A stretch of DNA of 64,000 nucleotides from Bdellovibrionota bacterium (lineage in GTDB: Bacteria > Bdellovibrionota_C > UBA2361 > CALJRW01). Every line of letters starts with the position of its first letter. Position 1 is the stretch's first letter. Positions 45,475-55,679 of the stretch are shown here, piece after piece. The position numbers and the translations under genes were made by a program. Where the stretch lies: the NCBI GenBank assembly GCA_041740355.1, contig JBGSMD010000046.1, forward strand, positions 102,546 through 166,545, written 5' to 3'. The notes under the pieces were generated by a model. The model did no database searches and was not told the DNA's origin. It saw only the letters and a program-made list of their open reading frames with translations.

Positions 45475-48246
45475 ATGACTTATAGATTTTTACTCGCCTT
45501 ACTCGTTCCAACTTTACTAATTAACTCCTTCGCTTTTGCCGCTCCAGTCAAATCTTTAGGTGATTTAAATAAGCTTAAGTCAATGCAGAGTCTCCCTTTT
45601 AATGTTCAATCAGGATCGAAGATATTTTTTACCAGAACGACAGAGACTGAAGGTTCAGAACTATGGGTAACAGATGGTACGGCCGGGGGTACAGTATTGG
45701 TTAAGGATATTGAGCCTGGGGCAGATGGATCAGATCCATTGGGTTTTACCCCAACAAAAATTGGACTTACTTCTGGGGTATATTTTTTTGCCACTACAGC
45801 TGTTCATGGACGTGAATTATGGATCTCAGATGGGACTCCAGCAGGTACAAAATTAGTTAAAGATATTTATCCCGGCAATGGATCTTCCTTAACTAATTCT
45901 CTGATTAGTGGAAGTACCTTTGTAGCAATCCCTGATACACAGTATGCATTCTTTGCCGCTAATGATGGCGTTAATGGTGAAGAGCTATGGACTACTGATG
46001 GGACTACTCTAGGTACAAAAATGGTTGCGGATATTGATCCAGGATCTGCTTCTTCCTCACCGTCGGAACTAAGATACCTTCCGATTAGTCCGTTCTTACC
46101 ATATATATATTTTTCAGCAGACAACGGGACAGACGGTAGAGAGCCTTATGCCGCCAACGGCACTTCGGCACTCATGATACATGATTTAAATGCAGGATCT
46201 GCCTCTTCAAATCCGATGGATATCCATCTTACCGACAACTCGATTGTTTTTGCTGCAAATGAAATTACATCAGGTAGGGAATTATGGTCGACAGATTTAG
46301 CAACACCGACGCTATTAGCGGATGCTGTCCCAGGTTCTGATAGTAGTTATACTTCAAATTTAATGCAGCTTTCCAGTAGTCAAATTTTATATAGTAGCCT
46401 TGCTAGTATTTTAGATGTGTATAACTCTAAATTGATGACAACTAACGGAACTCCGGCTGGTACAACAACGCTAGCAAACTTAGATTGTCTCCCTGGTGGA
46501 ATATTATCTTTAATTACTGAAAGTACTTTGAAGACTTCTAAAATAATTAATGGGAAGGCCGTTTTTTCTTGTTACAATTTTTTAAGCACACTTTCAAGTC
46601 TTTGGGTCTCAGATGGAACTGCACCTAATACAAAAATCCTAGAAGACTTCTTATTCTCTCCGAGTGATTTTTATGGTACCGATTTCACTCTTTTGCAGGG
46701 CAACAACAAGATCATCTTAATGGCCAATGATGGTCAAGGCGGAATGGAGCCTTGGTCAACTGATGGTACGACAGAAGGAACGAGCTTACTAGTAAATCTA
46801 AACCCAGGAGAAGCTAGCTCTATAGATCCTACCTTCGCATTTCTAAGTAGTATCGGTAATCAGCTAAATAAATCTGCAAGTATTTTTCCAGCAACTATTG
46901 GAACAGAAAGAAAAGTTTATTACTCAGATGGAAGTGTTGCAAATACTCGAGAGATTTTTGATGATAGTGGAGTGAATACGATTGATAGTTATCCGGAAAA
47001 CTTTTTTGCGTTGGGCAAAAAGGTGCTGTTCTCAGCAAATGATACAAAAAAGGGAGTTGAGTTATTTGAGACAAATGGCAAACCTGCGGGAACTAAATTA
47101 CTAAAGAACATTTTTAAAGCTGGAAATTCGAGTCCTGAAAATTTTGAGAAGCTTAATGAAACTACAGGCTTGTTCGTTGCTACTAGTCAAGGTGCGGGGC
47201 GAGAGCTTTGGAGGACTGATGGTAAAAAATCAGGAACAAAGCTTGTGAAGAATATTAAAGCTGGAAAGGATGGTAGTAATCCTGAAATTTTTAAAGGCAA
47301 ACTTAGAAAGAAAATGTTTTTTCAGGCTAATAATGGTCTTATCGGAGACGAACTTTGGGTTACAGAAGGAACTAAAAGGTCTACTAAATTACTTAAAGAT
47401 ATTAATGTTGGAACAGAAGGAACTTACATTAATGAATTAGTATTACTTAGAAATAAAGCTATTTTCTCAGCGGAAGATGCCACTAATGGTGAGGAGTTAT
47501 GGGTTAGTAATGGCAGAACGGCAGGTACCGTATTGCTAAAGGATATTGAAGTAACTGGAGGTAGTAACCCATCGGAGTTGACTGTAGTTGGGGATAAAGT
47601 TTTCTTTACAGCATATACAAATGCTAACGGAACAGAGCTGTGGGTTACAGATGGAACTTTAGCTGGAACGGCCTTAGTTAAAGACATTGTTGTTGGTGCG
47701 GGCTCATCAAATCTTGTAGATCTGACAGCAGTGGGGAATAACTTATTCTTTGTCGCTAATGATGGTGTCAACGGTTCTGAATTATGGCGAAGTGATGGAA
47801 CTAGCGCTGGAACATTTATGGTGGAAGATATTTATGTTGGTGCTACTAGTTCAAACCCTTCATATCTAACCGCAATCTCCCCAACTCAAGTTGCTTTTGC
47901 CGCACAAGACGTTGCGGGTGGTATTGAGTTGTGGATTGCAACAGCTGACTTAGGTTCTGCAAGCTTGGTAAAAGATATTAGTATTGGCGCACCAAGCTCA
48001 AGCCCTAGATATCTTTATGCGGTACCAGGGAAAAATAAAATTGTTTTTTCGGCTACTACACCAACCGAAGGAGAGGAGTTGTGGTTATCTGATGGAACTT
48101 TAACTGGAACATCCTTGTTAGCTGATATTGAAGTCGGCTCCGAAAGCAGTTATCCATTTGGTTTTCTTGCCAAAGGAAGAAAATTATATTTTACAGCTGC
48201 TACAGAAGCTACAGGCAATGAACCTTATACGATTAAATTACCTTAA
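45475..48246 (+). CDS. Secreted ELWxxDGT-repeat beta-propeller protein
   Basis: Signal peptide; numerous G.ELW.(S/T)DGT..GT.LVKDI..G..SS.P repeats. Confidence 0.93.
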   Translation: MTYRFLLALLVPTLLINSFAFAAPVKSLGDLNKLKSMQSLPFNVQSGSKIFFTRTTETEGSELWVTDGTAGGTVLVKDIEPGADGSDPLGFTPTKIGLTSGVYFFATTAVHGRELWISDGTPAGTKLVKDIYPGNGSSLTNSLISGSTFVAIPDTQYAFFAANDGVNGEELWTTDGTTLGTKMVADIDPGSASSSPSELRYLPISPFLPYIYFSADNGTDGREPYAANGTSALMIHDLNAGSASSNPMDIHLTDNSIVFAANEITSGRELWSTDLATPTLLADAVPGSDSSYTSNLMQLSSSQILYSSLASILDVYNSKLMTTNGTPAGTTTLANLDCLPGGILSLITESTLKTSKIINGKAVFSCYNFLSTLSSLWVSDGTAPNTKILEDFLFSPSDFYGTDFTLLQGNNKIILMANDGQGGMEPWSTDGTTEGTSLLVNLNPGEASSIDPTFAFLSSIGNQLNKSASIFPATIGTERKVYYSDGSVANTREIFDDSGVNTIDSYPENFFALGKKVLFSANDTKKGVELFETNGKPAGTKLLKNIFKAGNSSPENFEKLNETTGLFVATSQGAGRELWRTDGKKSGTKLVKNIKAGKDGSNPEIFKGKLRKKMFFQANNGLIGDELWVTEGTKRSTKLLKDINVGTEGTYINELVLLRNKAIFSAEDATNGEELWVSNGRTAGTVLLKDIEVTGGSNPSELTVVGDKVFFTAYTNANGTELWVTDGTLAGTALVKDIVVGAGSSNLVDLTAVGNNLFFVANDGVNGSELWRSDGTSAGTFMVEDIYVGATSSNPSYLTAISPTQVAFAAQDVAGGIELWIATADLGSASLVKDISIGAPSSSPRYLYAVPGKNKIVFSATTPTEGEELWLSDGTLTGTSLLADIEVGSESSYPFGFLAKGRKLYFTAATEATGNEPYTIKLP

Positions 48247-48258
48247 CAATATAAATTA

Positions 48259-48607
48259 CTCCCTTTAGACACACCGCTTTTCATTTTTGAAAAAAAATGA
48301 AAAGAAAGGTGTTCCGAAGGGGGGGCGAGTGTAGCGAGTACTGGCGAGCAAAATCCGGTCAGCTTGTCCGCCCTATAGTAAACCAAAAAAAGGATTTCCG
48401 AAAAATAGACTAACTAGGACGAATGTTGGTTTTTATATTTTTTACACTGAAGTAATTTCAGGATCTAAGTTTATAGATAAACCTTTGGCTTAACTCTGTT
48501 TTTTCAAGTTGGGTTTACTTTTTGTCTTTTGGCTCCCGCTGGTCGCTTCTATAGTCATGATGTGTTTTATAATTTCCTATCGGAAATTATTTATTGGGAT
48601 GACTATA
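48259..48607. other. Multi-stem structured intergenic tract, partly similar to the 149-bp repeat
   Basis: Long hairpin 48259-48325 (CTTTTCATTTTT-GAAA-AAAAATGAAAAG core); AGTAAACC/GGTTTACT long-range pair; terminal hairpin TATAGTCAT...TAATTTCC-TATC-GGAAATTA...ATGACTATA. Confidence 0.5.
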
Positions 48608-48712
48608 AATAGCACCACGAATCCCTAAGTAAGTCAGCGGTGAGTATTGGTTCTGTCTTTTGCAGCGTGACTTCCCTAGCGCCAAGTTCCACAAAATTCA
48701 TTTACGAAGGGT

Positions 48713-49600
48713 TTATAATAGGGGACGTTTAGGTGTGAATATTTGATCGGGGAATTCTTCTCTTAGTAATTCAATCTCTGCTCTTGATAATTTAATTTTT
48801 AAGGCACCAAGATTCTCTTTTAAGTGAACTGGGTTGCTACATTTAAAAATAGTGCCAACATTATCTTGAGCAATTAACCAAGCTAAGGCAATCTGCGCTG
48901 GTGTTGCCGAGTGTTCTTTAGCAATTTGTACTAACACGCCCGATTCGTTTTGACTGAGTGCTCCAAGTGCTAATGGTCGCCAAGCAATTAGGGCGACATC
49001 GTTCTCTTGGCAATACTTCAAGACTCCACGCGCTTCTGCTTCTCTAACTTGCAAACTATATTGAACTTGATTAACAACAATTTTATTATTGGAATAACTT
49101 TGTGCTTCAGCTAATCTTTCTGGTGAAAAATTACTGACACCGATATTTCTAATTAGACCTTGCTCGAGTAGTCTATCTAAGGCCATCATAGTTTCAGCAA
49201 TTGGAATATCGAGGCTTGGTCCGTGAAGTAGATATAAATCTAGGTAGGTTGTTCCCAGTCTTTTGAGTGATCCTTCAGCCGATGCAAGTAATTTCTCGAA
49301 ACTGGCATTAACTGGAAGAACTTTGCTTGTTAAGAATATTTTTTCTCTTGGAAAATCGACAATCGCCTGGCCTACTAATTCTTCAGTGTGCCCTGATCCA
49401 TAAAATTCTGCTAAGTCTAGATGTTTTAATCCTTGACTAAAGGCATGTTGGAGGGATTTGATCTGGTCCAAGTCATTAGTGCGATCTGCTTCTGCCAGAC
49501 CTCCAATCCCCCAAGTGCCAAGGCCAATCTTAGGAATCTCAAAACCTGATTTCAAGCGAAGGTTTGGAATAGTAGGGTTTAATATTGGTGAGAATGTCAT
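48713..49600 (-). CDS. Aldo/keto reductase
   Basis: IGLGTW, DLAEFYG, SLKRLGTTYLDLYLLH, IGVSNF, NQVQYSL, AQIALAWL. Confidence 0.95.
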   Translation of the reverse strand: MTFSPILNPTIPNLRLKSGFEIPKIGLGTWGIGGLAEADRTNDLDQIKSLQHAFSQGLKHLDLAEFYGSGHTEELVGQAIVDFPREKIFLTSKVLPVNASFEKLLASAEGSLKRLGTTYLDLYLLHGPSLDIPIAETMMALDRLLEQGLIRNIGVSNFSPERLAEAQSYSNNKIVVNQVQYSLQVREAEARGVLKYCQENDVALIAWRPLALGALSQNESGVLVQIAKEHSATPAQIALAWLIAQDNVGTIFKCSNPVHLKENLGALKIKLSRAEIELLREEFPDQIFTPKRPLL

Positions 49601-49706
49601 TATCTAAGATTGTAGCAGGAAAATTTTCTTAGGAAATAGCATCTTACTTTAGGCATTTCTAGCTTGGACTATTTTATCTATTATATTTTGCTACAATAAT
49701 ACCATT

Positions 49707-52109
49707 ATGACATCTACGAGTATGCCTATAGCCATTTCTAGGAAATTTGAGGTGAATTCTCTGGTTCCACAACGATTACCCTTTGCAAATATTGAGCCAA
49801 CTGGATTTCACATTGCCTTTCAAGCTAATCCAGACGAACGTATTCAGGCAATTCGAGATGTTACCAATTCAAATCTTAGTTTTGCTGGCAGAGTTAATCA
49901 GGAGCTTGCTAGACTATCTCCATACTATCAAGCCGTTGGCCAGTGGGCAAATTATGAACGCCGTAGTTTTGTTTTAGCTGAGCATTTAGGAATGTCTGAG
50001 CTAGATTTCAAAAAACATTTAGGTAAACATAATCACATTACAACAGAAGCTTTTCGTGAGCTATGTGGAATGGCAACGGCTAAAGGTGTTGATGTCGGGG
50101 AAATCCTTGGGCTTTTTAAAGAAATTAAAGCAATCCAACCGAAGGCCTATGCTCGTCAGCGAATGCTCATGATGCGAACGCTGATGAATTCCACTCCAAT
50201 TATTGTAGCAGATTTGCTAGAAGGAAAAATTTCGGGGAATTATGGTTTTGGTGATCTAACAAAAACTCAAGTTTTTAACGGTAAGGCTCAGATTGGCAAC
50301 TTACAAATTAGTGCTACCGCCTCACCACGATTATTTAAAACTGAAGGGGATAAGAATTCTGGTTATGTTTTTAGATTCTGCGTTGGCAAGTGTTTGTTTG
50401 ATACCTTTGAAGAGGATCACCCCCTTTATATGTTAGATAATAAAGTTGTTGAGAGTTTAAGTGCTTGGCATCAGGCACGTTCTCCGGGAGAGCCGCTGAG
50501 TGCGAATCCTTTGTTACAATCAATGGTTTATTTACTAACTGTTCCAACTCATGATTGGGGACATTCTTGGCTGCTTTATGATCTAGGTGCGAGAACTGAA
50601 GAGTTTCAAAAATGGGGGAATAGTATTTATAACGTCGAGCATACCGTCGCCAATAAGTTATTAATTAATTATGAGTTAATAACTGCTTCGATGCATAATT
50701 ACACATGGAGAATGTTGTTTGATGCGAATCCTAGTTTAAAAGACTCGATCGCTAATGAATTAACAGCCTATCATGCTTACGTAAAAGATTTTTCTGAGTT
50801 TGTTAAAACTACTTATGGTCCAGAGCGAGCATTTCAAGAAGAAAATTACTTAATGTATGTAGCACTATCAACCTTACCTTGTGTCTTAGATCGTAGTGAG
50901 CCTGTCCTTTCAAGATTGCGAGCAGAGTATCCAATTGTACAAGAACAGACCGATCGTATTTTGGGGGATTTTTTTAAGATATTATCTTCAAATGAAGATG
51001 GAGTCCCTTCTAGTGGAAAGTCGGGAGACTTTGTCGGAACTGGTGAGTATGTTTCCATGTATCCATTACAGAGTGAGATGGAAGCTAGACTGCTAGAAGA
51101 AAGAAAGCGAGCATTGATTAATAGTAATGGAACAGTCCGAGCTGAGTATTTACATGCTTTTAGAGCTTTACCAGAATCAATTGTCAAGCAGTTTCCTAGT
51201 GAGATTCCAGATCTTACTGTACTACCTACATTAGTCAGTTTAATGGAAACTTTCAAAACTAATGTTGCAGACTTGCCAGATGCTAAAGAAATTTTTACTA
51301 AGTTTGTTCGGAGTATTGTTGTTGCTGAAAGTGGGCACTTCTTTTTTAGATTAGAACGACAAGATATTGACTATGAGAATCTCCAGATTTGTTTGCAAGA
51401 CAAGCGGGTGATGTTAGTCGAAGTTCCAGAAGGGGAAGAAGTTGATCTGCGAACGCGAATCATGACGAGTCTTAAGGAAGAAGTAACTAAGCAAAGAACT
51501 AAAGCTACAGATCAGGATGTCATTGCTTTTAATGTGCAAAGTCCAGATCACGCTAAGATTATCTTGGATGCTGGTGAAGGTTTAGCTGGGACTGAGAAAA
51601 TACAGCGAATGATCGCTGTTGCTAAAGATTTAGCATTACTTTCTTCAATTGAAGGTGCGCAGGATATCTACCCCCTTCGATTGTCAGTGGCTAAAGATTT
51701 ATATAAATTTCAAAAGGATGGATATTACGAATCTCTAAATCGCGAAAGACTTGCCTGTTCAACAGTTGGTCCATTAGAGTTGAGTTTACATGATGGAAGT
51801 CAGCAAAAGACTTTAGCTGGAGCATTGGTATACTTAGAGAATAAAGATGCACTAAGCAGGAAGAATCAAGATAAAGATCCAGACATTCATGGAATTGAAC
51901 AAGGTGTCTTTGATCAAACATATCTTTCTACCGCCGACTCTTTAGTTCCATTTACATTACGACAAAATTCAACTCTTTCCTGTGGTTCAAATTGTGAACT
52001 AGTCACGAAAGCCTTACATCAAGCACTAACAACTCTGCGTGAAATTAACCTTCAAATTGATCATGGCGAATCGGCATCATTGGCCAGCGGTCTTTTCGGT
52101 CGGCAGTAA
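49707..52109 (+). CDS. Hypothetical 800-aa protein with HDWGH motif and a PGDYG-like C-terminal region
   Basis: Long ORF; PTHDWGHSW followed by NYEL; C-terminal DIYPLRLSVAKDLY and DIHGIEQGVFDQTY. Confidence 0.7.
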   Translation: MTSTSMPIAISRKFEVNSLVPQRLPFANIEPTGFHIAFQANPDERIQAIRDVTNSNLSFAGRVNQELARLSPYYQAVGQWANYERRSFVLAEHLGMSELDFKKHLGKHNHITTEAFRELCGMATAKGVDVGEILGLFKEIKAIQPKAYARQRMLMMRTLMNSTPIIVADLLEGKISGNYGFGDLTKTQVFNGKAQIGNLQISATASPRLFKTEGDKNSGYVFRFCVGKCLFDTFEEDHPLYMLDNKVVESLSAWHQARSPGEPLSANPLLQSMVYLLTVPTHDWGHSWLLYDLGARTEEFQKWGNSIYNVEHTVANKLLINYELITASMHNYTWRMLFDANPSLKDSIANELTAYHAYVKDFSEFVKTTYGPERAFQEENYLMYVALSTLPCVLDRSEPVLSRLRAEYPIVQEQTDRILGDFFKILSSNEDGVPSSGKSGDFVGTGEYVSMYPLQSEMEARLLEERKRALINSNGTVRAEYLHAFRALPESIVKQFPSEIPDLTVLPTLVSLMETFKTNVADLPDAKEIFTKFVRSIVVAESGHFFFRLERQDIDYENLQICLQDKRVMLVEVPEGEEVDLRTRIMTSLKEEVTKQRTKATDQDVIAFNVQSPDHAKIILDAGEGLAGTEKIQRMIAVAKDLALLSSIEGAQDIYPLRLSVAKDLYKFQKDGYYESLNRERLACSTVGPLELSLHDGSQQKTLAGALVYLENKDALSRKNQDKDPDIHGIEQGVFDQTYLSTADSLVPFTLRQNSTLSCGSNCELVTKALHQALTTLREINLQIDHGESASLASGLFGRQ

Positions 52110-52269
52110 TTAATTTGGTTCTTGCAATCGCAACATTTAACCACTTCCAGCTACTCAACTCTAAAAATTAACAGATAGCTAAGGTTTTATTGTTAATAAT
52201 TATATTCATTTCTTAATTAGTCTAAAAATCATTATCTTTCAAATATAGCCAATATTTGGAGGAGAAAAG

Positions 52270-52917
52270 ATGAAAGTACTACTGTTAGTTGATATTCAAA
52301 ATGATTTTTGCCCAGGTGGAAATTTAGCAGTTGCAGAAGGAGATCAAATTGTCGCCATTGCAAATCAGTTAATCAGTTCTGATTTATACGATCTAATTAT
52401 TGCAAGCAAAGATTGGCATCCAAGTAATCATTCCAGTTTTCTTTCTAATAGCTCAACTGGCATATGGCCAGACCATTGTATTCAAGGAACTATCGGGGCG
52501 GAATTCCACCCAGATTTAAATACTAAAAAAATTGATCAAATAATTCTTAAAGGCACCAAAGTAGAAATTGATAGTTACAGTGCCTTTTTTGATAACCAAA
52601 AACTAAATCAAACAGAACTAGATTCATATTTAAAAGCAGTTGCTAAGAGATTACAAATTTCCCCGCGAGATATTGAAATTTCAGTTTGTGGATTAGCACT
52701 TGATTATTGTGTGAAGGCATCTGCAATTGATGCTGTGGAGCTTGGGTATAAGACTGAGCTGGTTCTAGACGCAACTAGAGCTGTGAACATTAGTCCCAAT
52801 GATGATTTAAAAGCGCTTCGCGAGTTAAAGGCAAAGGGTGTGGAGATTGTTGAAAGTAGAGGAATCTTGGCCGGTATCCAGAGAGAGCAAGTTCAAGCAA
52901 TTAACTTAGAAGCATAG
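52270..52917 (+). CDS. pncA: Nicotinamidase/pyrazinamidase
   Basis: VDIQNDFCPGGNL, KDWHP, WPDHC, KG..DSYSAF, GLALDYCV; strong SD GGAGGAG. Confidence 0.96.
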   Translation: MKVLLLVDIQNDFCPGGNLAVAEGDQIVAIANQLISSDLYDLIIASKDWHPSNHSSFLSNSSTGIWPDHCIQGTIGAEFHPDLNTKKIDQIILKGTKVEIDSYSAFFDNQKLNQTELDSYLKAVAKRLQISPRDIEISVCGLALDYCVKASAIDAVELGYKTELVLDATRAVNISPNDDLKALRELKAKGVEIVESRGILAGIQREQVQAINLEA

Positions 52918-52943
52918 TCGATTAATTTTAAACGGAGAATTAT

Positions 52944-54500
52944 ATGTTAGCAGCAGAATTATTACCAAAAGCAGCAGTCCAAGAGGTAAAACAGGAAGTC
53001 ATTGCAGAACAAATTTCAGTTCCTAAAGAATGGCAGTTAACTAAAAAGCATGATCAGCGTAGCTATTTAGTTAATGGAGAAATTCGAAGTTGGTTTGGAG
53101 GGCAAGAGAAAGTTTATTCTCCTTTAACTTCCAATAAAGAGCAAAATTTAATTGGTTCTTATCCTCTATTAACAGCTAAAGAATCATTGGAAATACTTGG
53201 AGCAGCAAAGGAGGCTTATGGCAAAGGCTTGGGTGCTTGGCCCAGCGCAACTGAGGAACAAAGAATTTCAGCGACTGAGATTTTTCTAGATGAACTTAAA
53301 AAGTCTAAGCAGGAAATTGTAAAGCTAATTGTTTGGGAGATTGGAAAGTCTGTTCCTGATGCCACTAAGGAATTTGATCGAACAGTTCAGTATGTTGAAG
53401 AAACAATTTCTTACCTCAGAGCTACCGCCAATAAAACAGAAACTGTTGGTGGTATGGATGTCACTTACAAAAGAGAAGCAATTGGAACTGTGCTTTGCAT
53501 GGGCCCATTTAATTATCCTTTAAACGAAACCTTAACAACAGTCCTGCCAGCCTTACTAACTGGAAATAGCGTGATTCTAAAACCAGCTAAACAAGGAGTG
53601 TTACTTTACGAACCAATTGCTAAAGCATTTCAAAAAGCATTCCCGGCTGGAACAATTAATTTAATTTATGGAGATGGGCCAGAAGTTATTACTCCGCTGA
53701 TGAAGTCTGGAGATATTGATGCGTTAGTATTTATCGGGAGTACAAAAGTTGCTGACATTCTTAGTAAACAACACCCAGCACCGCATAGACTAAAAATGGT
53801 TTTAGGACTTGGAGCTAAGAATCCTGCAATTGTTACAGAGAATGCTGATTTAGTAGAAGCCGTTGATGCGGTGATTAAAGGATCACTTAGTTTCAATGGG
53901 CAAAGATGCACTGCTCTTAAAAATATTTTTGTACATCAATCTGTTTATCCTAATTTTGCCAAGTTATTAGCTTACAAGATTGATCAATTACAAGCTGGAG
54001 AACCATGGGAGGAAGGGGTTTTTATTACTCCAGTAGCTGAGCCAAACAAGGCTGAGTCGATGAATGATTTTGTAGCTGATGCTGTTTCAAAAGGAGCTAA
54101 GATTTTAACCGAAAATGGTGGGGCTAGTGATAATAATATTTTTCGTCCAGTTCTGCTAGGAGATGTTAATTCTAGCATGAAGATATTTCATGAAGAACAG
54201 TTTGGTCCAGTTGTTCCACTAATTCCTTATCAGGATACAAGCGAAATATTACAGTCTCTAGCTGATTCACCTTTTGGCCAACAGGCAAGTATTTTTAGCA
54301 AAGATGAAAGCCAAATTGGTCAGCTTGCAAGCTCGCTGGTTAGACTAACAGCTCGTGTAAATATTAATCAGGTTTGTGAGCGAGGACCAGATTACTTGCC
54401 ATTCTCTGGAAGAAAGAGTTCAGCAATGGGAACAATCTCAATCCCGGATGCAATTAAAGAATTCTCGCTAGAAACTTTAATAGTGAGAAAGGCTGCTTAG
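52944..54500 (+). CDS. gapN: Non-phosphorylating NADP-dependent glyceraldehyde-3-phosphate dehydrogenase (ALDH superfamily)
   Basis: LCMGPFNYPLNET, FIGST, LGLGAKNP, SFNGQRCTA, EEQFGPV, RGPD..PFSGRKSSA. Confidence 0.8.
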   Translation: MLAAELLPKAAVQEVKQEVIAEQISVPKEWQLTKKHDQRSYLVNGEIRSWFGGQEKVYSPLTSNKEQNLIGSYPLLTAKESLEILGAAKEAYGKGLGAWPSATEEQRISATEIFLDELKKSKQEIVKLIVWEIGKSVPDATKEFDRTVQYVEETISYLRATANKTETVGGMDVTYKREAIGTVLCMGPFNYPLNETLTTVLPALLTGNSVILKPAKQGVLLYEPIAKAFQKAFPAGTINLIYGDGPEVITPLMKSGDIDALVFIGSTKVADILSKQHPAPHRLKMVLGLGAKNPAIVTENADLVEAVDAVIKGSLSFNGQRCTALKNIFVHQSVYPNFAKLLAYKIDQLQAGEPWEEGVFITPVAEPNKAESMNDFVADAVSKGAKILTENGGASDNNIFRPVLLGDVNSSMKIFHEEQFGPVVPLIPYQDTSEILQSLADSPFGQQASIFSKDESQIGQLASSLVRLTARVNINQVCERGPDYLPFSGRKSSAMGTISIPDAIKEFSLETLIVRKAA

Positions 54501-55469
54501 ATGAACACGCAAGTTCTAGATAGTGATACTAAGTTATTTAGTGAGATTAGAAGAAAAGCTCACTCCATTGAGCCACAGAAAATTCAGCTAGATGAGATCC
54601 TAGTTGTTAGCAAAGAATCAAAGCTCGAGTATGACGAAAGGCGTTTAAAAATTAGTCGTGGAGAGATTCTTGCGCAGTATCAAGAGCAGGGGCTTAGTGT
54701 AGAACGAATTCTTGGTAGTCATCAGAGACAACAAGAAAGTCTAGTTAGTTTAGCTCGGATTCTATCCAAAGATCAGATCATTAATCGCAATGATCTTAGT
54801 TATGAAAAAATTAATCAAGCAAAATTAGTAATTGCACTTGGAGGAGATAATCACTTTCAGTATGTAGCACAATTTATGGAAAAAGGGTTTTTGGTAGGAG
54901 TTAATTCTGATCCACAACTTAGTGAAGGAGCACTAACTTATTACAACAGTGATCAATTTGAACAAATCCTTAAGGCGGCCATTGCAGGTGAATATTTAAT
55001 TGAGGAATGGACCAGGTTAGAAGCTAAGCTTTCTGATGGCAGAAAGATTCGCTGTAGTGGTGATTTCTTTATCGGAGAACTTGAACGACCAAACATGTCC
55101 CGACATCTTTTAGAGTATCAAGGAACAGTAGAAGAACAGAAGGGTTCCGGCTTATTAATTACAACTGGAGCAAATTCTACCGGCTGGTATCACTCCGAAA
55201 ATTCATTTGTATATCCTGAAGGTCATATCTTTTCAAAAACTAGTCAATCAGCTGCTTTTGTTCTGACTTCTCCTTATCGAGGAAAAATTGTTAGTGCCAA
55301 AATGATTTTTGGAGAAATTAAACAAGGTGAAAAAATAACGGTTACTTCTTTAAATGATTCAGCAGGAGTTATCTCCGCTGATTCCTTAGTAAAGATTGAT
55401 CTCAAAATGGGCACAAAGCTAGAAATCAGCATAGCTGAACAGCCACTTAAAATTTTAATTTTAACCTGA
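54501..55469 (+). CDS. NAD kinase (NADK2-like subtype)
   Basis: ALGGDNHF, GVNSDP..SEGAL, QKGSGLLITTGANSTGW; ATG immediately after the gapN stop. Confidence 0.85.
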   Translation: MNTQVLDSDTKLFSEIRRKAHSIEPQKIQLDEILVVSKESKLEYDERRLKISRGEILAQYQEQGLSVERILGSHQRQQESLVSLARILSKDQIINRNDLSYEKINQAKLVIALGGDNHFQYVAQFMEKGFLVGVNSDPQLSEGALTYYNSDQFEQILKAAIAGEYLIEEWTRLEAKLSDGRKIRCSGDFFIGELERPNMSRHLLEYQGTVEEQKGSGLLITTGANSTGWYHSENSFVYPEGHIFSKTSQSAAFVLTSPYRGKIVSAKMIFGEIKQGEKITVTSLNDSAGVISADSLVKIDLKMGTKLEISIAEQPLKILILT

Positions 55470-55679
55470 GTTTTGGATATGCCAGCTATTACGAAAGTCT
55501 AATTGCTTGAAATTGCGTCGTAAAGGAAAAATTTCAGTCTCGCTGATGTGCTACATCAGCTGCGAATAAAATGTTTCCTTATACTTAGCAATTTACACTT
55601 ATTGAAATAGGAAGCTTATTTCAATAAATTCAAGCACTTCGACTTTCTCATTACGCTTTCATATTCAAAACTCAGGTTT

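Noticed and set aside
45475-48246. Internal DNA repeats as a mobile or tandem-repeat element
   Set aside because: Fully explained by ELWxxDGT protein repeats.
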